DNA of 64,000 bases from Fimicolochytrium jonesii (lineage: Eukaryota). Below the pieces are notes generated by a model, which saw only the letters and a program-made list of their open reading frames with translations, was not told the DNA's origin and ran no database searches. Location: the NCBI RefSeq assembly GCF_025526975.1, contig NW_026515670.1:992001-1056000 (forward strand). The letters are read 5' to 3'. Below are positions 1 to 11,462 of the stretch, in pieces; positions within the stretch are counted from its first letter, which is position 1, and the number at the start of each line of letters is the position of its first letter. A program made the translations under genes and the position numbers.

Positions 1-827
1 GGGAATGAAGAATACTACATGTTCTTTCATGCCATCCCGCCATCCCCGCATGGACGGTCCATCATTTGGCGCATCGAGTTGCACCGAAATCTCCGTACTC
101 ACCCTCGTGAATGCATCACATCCAATTATACGGAAAGTCTTCCCATAGAACGTGACGTTGATGCCCAAGTTGAAATCGCGCACGCTAAAGTACTCAGTCG
201 AGCTCCTGGGCAGTCTCTGTCGCTTGATCAGCACGCCCTGGGGAATGCCACTGTTCTCTACCGGCGGCTCCACGACCGCGATAGAGTCGTCTTCGACGTA
301 GTAGAGAATGCGCACCCGGCGGAGATGGTATTTTTCCACGGATTCGTGCACGGTCTGCTTGAAGTATGCGTCGAAGCGGAGGACCTGGGCATACACGAGA
401 CTGATGTCAGTGCCCTTCGCCCGCTGTCTGCTTGTCAGGCCTCAACGCACATACCACTTTGTCAAACACCACATGGGCAGGCACAAACTTGCCCTCTCCA
501 GCCTCTGCTCCGCCCCGCCTGCGCTCCCTCTCCAGATCCAAGTGGCCATCGTATGTGATGCGGGGGTCAGACCCTACGGACTTCAGTAGCTGGTGTGGCG
601 ACTTGAGGTCTGGCGGAAGCTCGATATGCTTGATGGCGTACCCATTCTTGTAGTCGAGGGTATGCGGGACGCGGAAGTCGTTTTTCTGGAGGTCATTTGA
701 ATGTTAGAGGCTGCGAGAATGCTGGGCAGAAACTTCGGAGGACAGTACTTACTGTGACATCCCGAATCGTGTTGCCTGGTAGGAACGGGATGTGTGACAC
801 CTGCGTCGGGGATCTGAGCTCGTGCAT
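1..827 (-). CDS. EFHC1: EF-hand domain-containing protein 1 / Rib72-like DM10-domain axonemal microtubule inner protein (5' part; runs off the window start)
   Basis: ATG at 827. Spliced translation MHELRSPTQVSHIPFLPGNTIRDVT|KNDFRVPHTLDYKNGY...VPAHVVFDKV|VLRFDAYFKQTVHESVEKYHLRRVRILYYVEDDSIAVVEPPVENSGIPQGVLIKRQRLP...DFNLGINVTFYGKTFRIIGCDAFTR (exon 384-103) matches the EFHC1/Rib72 N-terminus and first DM10 domain. Introns are GT-AG. Confidence 0.92.
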
Positions 828-2020
828 GGTGAAAAATGGGCCGCCTTGAAGCTGTAGTGTAGTTGGCGTATCCTAAAATGAACTGATGTTCACCCACGAG
901 CGTTTTCTTGCTGGGCTGTAATGCCACAGGTTTCACAGGTCGGTCCCGCGAAGTGGAGCCGCGCTGCTTGGAGGTACAAGCTATGCTTACGGCACAGCGA
1001 GACAAGCGAGACGTGGCCGAGGTTTCAAAGCTTAGGCTGATGGTCCCTCAGCGGTCCTTTGCCTTTGGAGCAGGAAACGGTACATTCGCGAATTGACGGC
1101 ATCCGTCGTTGTCTCAGCAAAAACTCCGATCGAGAGGTCACTGTCACATGCAAGTTGCTTGTATTTTGGTCTAGTAGATCAATTTTGCTGTCCAGATATC
1201 TAAGGTTTCTTGGTGTAGTTGGTTATCACATCTGTCTAACACACAGAAGGTCACCAGTTCGAACCTGGTAGAAACCATTAAATCTTCTTTTTGTGAAATA
1301 TTGGCTTCTGCCACTCTTTTTTGCTCGAGCAGTTCCGATGCACACGATGGCCAGATTCATACTACTCAACTCCCAATAAATCTCATCCAATGCATTATTG
1401 CGACTCGCGAGGTGCCTCTTGTCGCCATCTTTGTCGGCGGGCGGCCAGTGGATAATAGCCCGCTTTCACCGAGGCGGTTTGAAACTTCTCTTTGCGCCAT
1501 AAGCTTCAATTAAGTTCTGGATCAAATAAACGGTCAATTTCAGACATGTGCCGAGTGCCCATGCGGTGCCCGTTGATTGTCCATGGCCAAGCCTGATTGA
1601 AAGTGGTGTGCGGGTGGTGTGGGGCAGGATTCCCAGCCTCGCAATTATCACCACCGTTTGGCAAGTCCCAAGCCTCCCGGAGAGTCTCACCTGGGGCTAA
1701 CGGCACCAACGCGCTCCTCTGAGAACGGAGCGAAAAATTGAGGCCAACTGCGGCCAGCAATTCTGGGACAGCATCATTTAGCAGCACATGCTCAAGAAGA
1801 TCATCGCTCTTTATAAATTTACGCCTGGTATCGGTAAACGGGGGTATCCTAAAAAAACTTCCCTCGGTTTGGAGTCTTTGGACGGATATGGGCCATGGAT
1901 TATGACGTGAGGTCAAATTTGGGCGTTGCTTCAACGCTTGAAGCCGCTTGAGAAAAAGGTTCGCGCTATCCAGATCCAAATACAGAGTGTGTCGGTGGGA
2001 AAGTCCGTTCGGTCCGCAAG

Positions 2021-2048
2021 TGTCTGTCTGTCTGTCTGTCTGTCTGTC
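2021..2048. repeat. (TCTG)n microsatellite, about 6-7 units
   Basis: tgtctgtctgtctgtctgtctgtctgtc, upstream of the TRP-like gene. Confidence 0.9.
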
Positions 2049-2231
2049 GGCGTTCTTACAGTAAGATCTCCATTGCCATTGTCACCTTGCACGTTGGCAT
2101 TCCAACCACGATTCTTGCAAGTCAGACGGTCTCTGGACGCCGCGTTAGAGGAATATACCCCCCAACTCCGTTCCAAGTCACACCCACAAAGGTTGTCTCT
2201 GCCAAATCCTAATTCCTTCCGGCATACCCAT

Positions 2232-5044
2232 ATGCGGCCCTCGACCGCCTTCTTAGCCGCTCTCGCGGCAGGAGTCCCAGCGCTTATCACCGGTGCACCG
2301 TCCGCGAATCTCCCGTGGACGTTCTGCGACTCCTCCAAAGACTACGACGTCAAAGTATCTTCCGTTCAGGCAGTGTATGAGCCCGATACCAAGGTCCTCA
2401 ACGTTTGGGCGGCCGCGACTTCGGCCGCCGCGATAGGCAGTAAACTGGGGAATGGGACAGTCACTTCGATTATGCGGGTTGTTGGGTTTGATGAATGGCA
2501 GGTGAGTTCTTGACCAGGCCGTTTAACATATCGTCCTATATGTTCGCTTCTTTCCATGAGTATGGAAATCATAGGCTGACCTGTATCGCATGGATAGGTT
2601 GAGGCGGACGCCTGTACATCAGTGCCTTGCCCTGTAACTGCTGGTGGGAGCTTTGTGCTCTTCAAGGTAATCACCGAGGACCCTCCATCTTATTACTGAG
2701 TGTCAACCGTTTTCTTGCATAGCGCTAACAATCCTTATCCCCGTATACAGAACATAACCATCCCCGCCAATATCCCTTTCATTGACTTCAAGCCCCGCGT
2801 TGCCCTGTCCGATGCCAGCGCAACGCCCAAAGAGCTCATGTGTATCCAGATCAACCTGACGCTCGAGTCCACTGCTCTGACTTACGTTCTCGTCTGGGCG
2901 TCCGTATTCACCGCCCTCGCAGCGGGTTTTACCACTTTGCTGGCAAGGTGGCTTCGCCCAGAGTTCCGGCCCACCCTCTTCGACATGTCCTCTGGATGGG
3001 CGCCCCATACTCACTTTTTGCCCGCGCGTATGGGACCGGGTTTCATCGATGTAGCTCTGTTCGCGCAGTTCATCGCAGCCACCGCGCAGTTGAACTTCGA
3101 GTACCCGGCGCCATACCAAGACGCGATCAGGATTCTGGCTTGGGCGACGGGGACATGGAATGTGCCCGGAATACGCGATCTCGCCAATGCGATTCGTGGG
3201 GACCGACCTGACGATGTAGATACCGTTACCAGGACGGGCACCGTGGTAGCGCACATCTTTGGACGCCAGGCCGCAGGTGCCACCGTCGATGGAATCCCCG
3301 CCGAAGTTGGATCGATCGGATATGAACGTTACGCCGAGGTGGTTGGTTTGAAACCCGGGTTGATGTTCCTGAACACATTGATCCCCTTCATCTTGGTCGT
3401 CATTCTCGTCTCCGGCTGGTGCTTATTCCTCCACGTCGTCCGAAGGATGAAGCCGGATCACCACCTGTTCTCCCGCCCTGGCGCCGAGCCTGATCGCACG
3501 CAATACTACTGGCGCGGATGGTTGCTCCGCGTCTACGTCTTCTTCTACTTTGGGTTGACCTCCACCGCCCTGCATCAGTTGACCTTGAAGGGGGAGCCCC
3601 TGTCTATTATGATCATTGCCGGGATCGTCTTCATGGTGCTCGGTATCGCTCTGCCCATTATTCTCACCTTCCGATTGGTGCACGCCAGCAAAACCGACCC
3701 CTCCAGCGACAGCTTGGACCTCGAGCATTCAGGAACATCCATGGTCAACCTCATCGATGATGATGATTACTACACACCCGGTCGCAGAAGCACTGCCACC
3801 ACAGACGGCGGCCGCGTGCACCGCACAGGTACCAGTTCCACCGTCATCACCAACATGACCGGCAGACACGGCCGCGGCGAGTCCTTCTCCTCCAAGACCT
3901 CCCGCGTCTCCCGCGCTACCACCCGCACCCACAAGGATACATCCAAACCCCTTCCGTCCTTGTACAGTGATCGCAAGTTCATGCTCATCTACGGACCGTT
4001 CATTAATCACTTCAAGCCCAAGCGGTTCATGTCCCACGCGGCGTTGCTGGTACCCTTGACGTGGTGGCTGCGGCTCGCGCCGGCCATCGCCGTAGGTGTG
4101 TTGGGGAAAATCGTCCCGCCGTGGTTGCAGTTTGTGGCGTTCATGAGCGGGGAAGGGTTGTTGTTCTTGTGGATTACGGTTATGAAGCCGTATGCGGGGA
4201 AGTTGACAAATTTGTGGCACTGGTTTTTGAGCATGTGCCGATGTGGGTTTGTGATTTTCTTGTGGGCCGCGTTCTTGTTTAGGCGGTACTGGGGCATTGG
4301 TGAGTTTCATATTTCCCCTTTCTCGTGATTTGGATTCTTAGTTTGCTAACCTTCCACTCCTTCCCAGAATGGATTACCCAACTCATCGCCGTCGCCCTCA
4401 TCCTCTCCACGGTCGGCATGCACCTCCTCTTCCTGGGCGTCTCCGGCCTTAAGTTCATGCGTTCCGGCTGGCACATCTTTCGCCGCGACTCCACCCCCAT
4501 CCCGCTCGCCACCGATCCCATCGACGTCCGCCGGGATACTCTCCCCCGATCCCGTAGCGGCACGACGACCACCACCGCGTCTCGCGCACCGACCATGGTC
4601 TCTGCGGTCTCGGCCGCGAAGGCGAAAGCGAGGAGGGACACCCTGGCTTCCCAGGCCCGCACCGAACGATCGATGACCTCTGCGTCGGGCCGCCTGGCAG
4701 CTACGCCCGGTGTGTTGTCGCGATACGCTACAGCATCGCGTGCTGCATCCCAAGTCAGCGATGAGGATTTCGAAGACGAGGCTGATGTGAGTGACGCGTA
4801 CCGCCAGCGTGAGCACGAAGAGGACGCGCAGACACCACTGCCAGCCGCGCCGGCCGCGGCGTTCCCACACGCCCGCCGCACTACGCTCGTCGATGAAGAG
4901 CGAGCCCGACCTTCTACTCTCGAACGCGCTGTCCTGGGCACTTCGGCCACTCAGGGAGCTGCCGGTTCTTCCTCCCACGCCCACCGCGTCTCCTCTCCCG
5001 TCCCTGCCGTCCAGGAGGTTGGAAACCCCTACCATGACGCTTAG
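2232..5044 (+). CDS. TRP-like membrane protein (fungal flavin carrier FLC / Pkd2 family) with N-terminal ML-like domain
   Basis: Signal peptide MRPSTAFLAALAAG and an ML-like domain (WTFCD...CTSVPCPV...LMCIQI). These are followed by PGFIDVALFAQFIAATAQLNFEYPAPYQ, GYERYA, multiple TM helices and YGPFINHFKPKR. Introns at about 2502-2598, 2667-2750 and 4300-4367. Confidence 0.8.
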
Positions 5045-6423
5045 GCGATTTCACACTGCCTTCCTCCCATTTTTTCGAATACCTCTTTTAAACATAGATA
5101 ATCTGTACCGTATACATGGCGTAGTGCCGACATTTCCACTCGGCGTAGTTGAAGTAGTTAGAAGCTTAGCCGACCTTAATAGTTTTACTAGCTGTACATA
5201 GTAGGTACATAGGACATGGATTTTTTCGGTTTCTAGATCTCTGAATGCATTTGCTGCCCTTATCTTTCGTGATACGACTTCTGCTCTCCATTTGCGAACA
5301 AGATTGAAAACACCTGCGGCGACGCGTTTGGCCATCACGTCACAACTCGCCCGAAAAAACATGGCTCTCGATTGCGCCCAACGTTCGACCTGAATTACGC
5401 TTAACCTTCTCAACCGCACCCCTTGGCACCTGGCACCCCTGACACCTGGGGTCTAGACGTGGGGTTTGGGAGGCATTTCCGGGAAGAAGTGTGGCTGCGA
5501 TGACGCAACTGCCAACTCTGCGGCATATGCCGCCAGAAACCCTTGATGAGTATTCGGGATGCCATCTTGGTATTGCCGTGGGTAGTGGGGTAATTGTGCT
5601 GATAGGAAATACCATGGGGCTGGGGCGCTTCGTTGGCATAATTGGGGATAAGCATCGGCCATGTGATGTATGGGCTATGTGAGATGTGGCGGCTTTTCGT
5701 ATATAAAAGGGTAAAAGTCGGATCCAGCATACGGTCCGATACGGTACGAAAATTCAGCGAAAGAGACATGTAAGTTTTCATTGGCGATTTGGACTGGACT
5801 ATGAGCATGAGAGCACGTCGCAAAGCGACACTTGGACCGACAGCGATGCAGACCTGTGCTCGGCCGCCTTGTGCTGAATGGAATGCTTCCCAATCTATCC
5901 TCCTCCCTGTCATTTACCTCCTTGTTCGCTCCCTCCTCAGATTGCCATTTATTTGCAATTTAAGCACCTTTCGAGCTTTGAGCCTATTGGAACTCCGACA
6001 TTGGCATCTACTCGCGATTGCTGCGCAGTTGCGTCACACACTTCTTTCTCAAGAATTCGCCAGATTCTTCAGCACCGCCGTCCAGACGCTGTAAAAGATA
6101 TCAACGGTTCCGTCGAATATCCTGCCTAGTACGAGCGGGTTCATAGCGACTTTTCGTCGGGGGTTCACCATAATCCATCGTCCTTGCATCGCCCGGTTGT
6201 TCTGTGCACAGGCCAAGTGTCGTATTACGGCATTCCCCAAGGGCCGCCACGCGTCTCCCCAGACCTGTTTGGCCGCCGCCCAGCCTCGTCTCAGTTCGCG
6301 CGACGACACAAACGCAGCGACCGCGAGCGCATCTTCTTCTCGTTCGGCCATTTTCCCACGGGAGATTGCACCCGCGTCCTCTACTCTCATCGCTAGTCGC
6401 TCCTCTTCAAGAAGAAGAACGAC

Positions 6424-8353
6424 ATGCCCGCACCACTATCCTCCGGCGGCAACGGCGGCGGCGGCGGCGGCTCCAGCTACGGCTATGTGACGCTGCTGAC
6501 CTCAGACTCCTACCTGCCCGGCGCATTAGTCGTAGCGTCCTCGCTGCGCGCAACGATAACCCGATACCCCCTCTATGTTCTCGTGCCAACCAACGCCCTC
6601 GCTCCGTCCTCCATCGCCGCCCTCGAGCGTGCCTACGACAGGGTCGTCCCCGTCCCATTGCTGAGGTCCAACGAGTCTGGGAACTTGCAGCTGCTGGGCC
6701 GTGCGGAGCTCGACGTGACGTTTACCAAGCTGCACGTATTCGACCCAGAGGTCTCTGGTCTGGACAAGGTCGTGTTTCTTGATGCCGACGTGATGGTTAC
6801 CCGCAATCTGGACCGTCTGTTCGACTACCTTACTGCGGACGTCGTGTTTGCTGCAGCGCCTGATATCGGCTGGCCTGACTGTTTCAACTCTGGCGTCTTT
6901 GCTGCTGTACCGAGACGCGATATCTTTGAAGGTCTGGTGCGCACAGTCGCGGGCAGCGGAAGTTTCGATGGCGGCGACCAGGGCTTGTTGAACACATACT
7001 TTTCATCATGGGCGTCGGGCGTGCCTCAGCCAGGAGGTTCTCAACACCGCACTGCGCGGATTCCATTTACTTTCAATGTCACCCCGACATCTTTCTATTC
7101 GTACCTGCCGGCGCTGGTGCATTTCTTCAACGACATCTCTGCTGTGCATTTTATTGGGCAGGCAAAGCCATGGACTTTGCCCAAGGAAGGGAACGATTCG
7201 GTCGTCGGGTATGTCTTTTGGATATAGCGCGAAGATTCGTGCTTTACCTGACTGATTCCCTGTTTCATCCATTAGTGGAAAGGATGGCCCAATGGGACAG
7301 TTCCTTGCGCGCTGGTGGAACTTCTACGATGCAGTTAAGCACGTCCTGAACTACGGCTCACAGAGCGTGGGTACACCAGCTACGGTATGTTTTTACCTCC
7401 TTGATACACGTATCATATATCTGTATGCGCACAGGAACAGATGCTCATTAGCTTCCTCTTCCAATGTCCCACAGAAATATAACAACTGGACCGGTAGTGT
7501 GAAAGGTGGCGAAGGACCATCCACCACATCGCGTAATCAAAGATCAGGGCAACAGAGTGGAGGACAATCTACAGACAACGTTGTCGAGTTTTCCAACTAC
7601 CGAGTCGCGTGGGACGAACGGGAGGCGTCTCCTGTTCGACGACGGTTCTCTCTGACTCAGACGCCGTTTGTGGTGACCTACCGAGCCACATCAGATGAAG
7701 GTTACCCGGTGTTCTTCGATACTGAGCAGCCAAGCGCATTGTCTCCGGAATCGGAGCCCGGACGCGCACAAGAGATCAGTCCTGTAACGGCTGAATCGAC
7801 CTCCCCTAATCGTCGCCGACCGTCCTACATCGAGTTCGAGCGCGAACACTCCCAGCATATACCGGTCTCCCAGAGCCCACCAGCTACGGACCTGGGCAAC
7901 TACCGCGTCGGATGGAACGTGAGCGAACTAGGAAAAACGGCCAAACTAGCCGAAACACCACACCCGCAAGACAGTTTCAACACCCACTGGAGGTCCGAGA
8001 CCGAGCTGACATCCACAGCCCTGCCTCCCCTCACTTCTCCTCCTCGCGGCGCTACAACCCCAAGCACCCCTGGAGGCGCCCGCGGCTCGCCCGTAAAAGG
8101 CCTCACATCCGATGACGAAGACGACGACGAGTTGTTGGACGATGACCGCGTGTGGAACGATAACGATGACGACAACGAGGCGTTTGTGTCTAGCTTGAAG
8201 ACCGTGCGTCCGCGTACCGCTTCGGCGGGCTCGTCGGGTGGTCGGAAGACGCCTACCGTTGGACAGAGGATCCCACATTCCAACACCGGTCAGCGCGGTG
8301 ATGATGGGCGACCCAAGACGGTGGGAAATACTGCTCCGGGGGCTCTCGGTTAG
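6424..8353 (+). CDS. Glycogenin (GT8) with long disordered C-terminal tail
   Basis: Motifs YVTLLTSDSYLPGALV, TFTKLH, FLDAD (DxD), APDIGWPDCFNSGVF, GSFDGGDQGLLN, YSYLPA (autoglucosylation Tyr context) and HFIGQAKPW. Introns 7209-7275 and probably 7385-7474. Confidence 0.93.
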
Positions 8354-9301
8354 TATTCGTGATGCATTCCATTACCAGTCAGCGAACCTCACATTACACG
8401 TATTATCTGACCCTCCATGTCCTTTCTCCCCCTCTCATGTACCCCCCGGCAGTGTAGGATATAAACGATAACTCCACCTACCTGTCTCGCACCCTTTCTC
8501 AAGGTTTCGGCACACACTCGCCGGCTTTCCATATCATATCTACCTTGTTCGTCTATACGCTATTTATTGGTTGGAGACATTTCCTCGACTTTCAGGATGA
8601 CATTCCCCCTCTTAACTTAAAAAAACCTTGCTTTGTGACCGAAATGTTTGTCCTGCATCCCCCTCCTCCCCTCCCTCCGTTTTTGCTATTTCCTTTTGCT
8701 TCCCCTTTCTGTCAGAGTTTTCCTTTTTGGCTGGTTGACTGCGTTCATTTGTACCATGGAGGGGAATAAAATGCGGGGCTGAGAAAAATGAAGGATTTTC
8801 ATTTGGCTTGACCTGCCTGGTTATTGAGATGGCCAATCTCCCAATCTGTATATTTCTCGCCCTGCTCCTATTTTTCACATTTCTTTTCATAATTTCTTCT
8901 CAAACGTTCTTACACAAAACAGGGGATCTTCAACTCATACACACGCTACAAGCACACAAAGCAAAAAACGAAGGACTGTCCAAAAAAAAACAACGCAGAA
9001 GCCGAAACGTTTTGGAAAAGAAAGAAAAAAAGCGTGGTTCAAAAGTGTGGTCCCGCACAACGCAAAGGGAGTAGTATGTACATGTAAAGGGTAACGAGCC
9101 GAAGGGAAGGGGAGCGGAATAGTTCTTCGAGACGGGGTATAAGGGAGGAGATAGCGGAGTGTCAACAGGGAAGAAACGCCCCACCAATCGTCAAGTTGCA
9201 AAAGTAGGTCCCTGTGCACAAATGTCGTTCCAAAAAACTCGCATGCCAAAAAAGTAAAGGAAAGAGGGAGCGAAGGGATGACTAACCCTCACATCCGATC
9301 C

Positions 9302-11462
9302 TCAATCCTGCAACCACGGATGCGACGCCACCTCATTCACGGTAGCGCGTCTACTCGATTTCTTCGCCAGCATCGAGTCGAGGAGGTCGATGCACGATGG
9401 TGAGAGGCGGTGTTTGGGGAACGTGTAGGCGTGCTCGGCGGCTTGCGCGGGGGTCGTGAAGGGTACTTCGCCGTTGAGCATGATGTAGAGGCAGCAGCCC
9501 AGGGCCCATATCTCGGCTTCTGGGCCGCGGTACTTTTCGCCGCGGAGGATCTCGGGAGAGGCGTATTGTATCGTTCTGAGGGGTCGAAAGACGGTCAGAT
9601 CAAGCGCAAATGAAAGGGAAGGAAGACGATGATGACGGATGGGGATTGGGGAAACTCACCCGAGAAAGCGATCAAACAGCTTGCCAGCCGGTGGTGGAAT
9701 GAACGCAGCGGACCCGAAATCGATCAGCTTCACATGGAAGTTTTCATTGACTAGAATGTTCTCGTCTTTAATGTCGCGATGGACGACGCCGAGGGTATGC
9801 AGGTATTGGACGGCTGAGATGATTTGACGGAATACGAAACGCGCCTGCGGTTCCGTGAGTCGGTCGTGTTGTTCTATACATCTGAAATATGGTGAGGGGA
9901 TGATATCAACATTAGCCAAGAGTGTGACAAGACTCGGATAGATTATTCCAAGACTATGATGATCATGCAGATACTCACTCGAACAAGTCCATCGAAGGTC
10001 GACGAGAAAGCTTTGGCGCCATGACAGGAGATAGCGGTGGCGACGCCGGCGATTTCGAAGAAGACACCAGGCCTCCAGGACCCTGCCGCGTCTCCTCTTG
10101 CTGCGTGAAGAACTGTGCACCCATGCCAGGCGTGTTCGGTGATGGTATATGAGACGCCGATTGGGTGGACGGAGAAGACAGCAACTGCGACGGCAAGGAC
10201 TGTGTTTGCAACTCTGTTCTTGAGGATGTCCATGGGGCGCCGTGCATCTCCGTGACGAGGTAGAAGAAGGTAATGTCCTCATAGAAGTCGATGAATTTGA
10301 TGATGTTGTCGTGTCCGATCTGCAGTAGTTGAAGGATAGTTAGAATTGGGATGGAATCGAAGGAATACCCAAGGGTCGATCGCCAACTTACGTTTTTCAG
10401 CATGAATACTTCCATGGGTACCACACCAAGTTCCGAGTCTCTCGCCCATCCCTGAGCCGGTACCTTGCTCTTCAAGATGAACTTGCATGCAACTTCCCGT
10501 TTATCATTATGCGAGACGGCACTGCACACAAAGCCAAATCCTCCACTTCCCAGCTCCTGACCCAGGGTATAACGTTCGGCAAAGACGGGGTGTATCTGGT
10601 GTCTCGTGAGGTATCGGGCAGCCATCGACGCCGGCTGGACGTTTGGTATGCCTTCAGGAGACGGGTATGCGTTGTTTTGCTGAGCACGGAGGGGTTGCCC
10701 TGGCTGAGCGTGCCTCTTGAGGTGCCCTGCCCCGTGTGGTTGGTGCCCATTGCCGTGGTGGTGCTGGGAATACGAGTGGGAGGAAGGATGACTGTGGGAC
10801 GGAGACGGGATGGCGACGGGCCGAGGCGGTAAGGGACGGTTGGGCGGTGGGCATGGCGGCGGCAGGTTGTGGGTGGAGACCATTAGGTTTGAGGGCTTAT
10901 GTCTTGACGATGGGCATCGGGGAGGGACAGATGAGATGGCCATGTCCGACGCGTTTTTCCCATCGGTCTTGCCATTGCGATGAGCTTGCTGTTGTTGGTG
11001 CTGTCTCGCAAGAGCGTCGCCAAGGGTGCTGGTAGTATTTGTGTTATTGGGGCTGGTGTCGTTACGTGGGGCCAAGACTGCGCTGCTGCTGTGCTCGGTC
11101 ACACCGTTGGACGAAGGATGGTGCGTGTGGTGGTGGTTGTGCGACGACAACGAAGAGGAGGACAACTGCGTCGTCAGAAGGGTCGTCGCCACCGTTGCTG
11201 CTCGCCGTTGTTGCTCAGCTGCCCTCTGCTGCTGCTGGTAGTGCTCAGTACTAATGGTAGCGGTGAAGGAGTTGACGCTGGCACTTGACTGTCCACAGGC
11301 GTGCTGGCCTCCATGTACATGCAGCGCTGGGGCCTGCAGAAAGCGTCCGGACGGAAGGTGTGGGAAGTGGTGGTGGCCGGGCGTAGGCGATATGGGTAGC
11401 GGTGAATCGCACATAGCTGCAGAAGCTATGAGGTGCACCGGCTGTGTCTGGCAGTCGAACAT
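9302..11462 (-). CDS. Ser/Thr protein kinase, PAS-kinase/PIM-like catalytic domain, His/Gln/Pro-rich N-terminus
   Basis: Motifs LGSGGFGFV, VACKFI, HRDIKDENIL, DFGSA, GTIQYASPE, AEIWALG and HPWLQD*. Three introns. Start could be 11462 or 11414. Confidence 0.88.

Noticed and set aside
19..558. 179-aa + strand ORF
   Set aside because: Antisense shadow of EFHC1 exons.
1506..1979. 157-aa minus-strand ORF between EFHC1 and the TRP-like gene
   Set aside because: No recognisable motif or splice structure. Probably promoter or UTR sequence.
5453..5662. 69-aa ORF near a TATA-like tract containing THQGFLAAY (resembles lipase class 3 HxGF)
   Set aside because: No GHSLG motif or other lipase exons nearby. 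The similarity is probably chance, though a small gene is not excluded.
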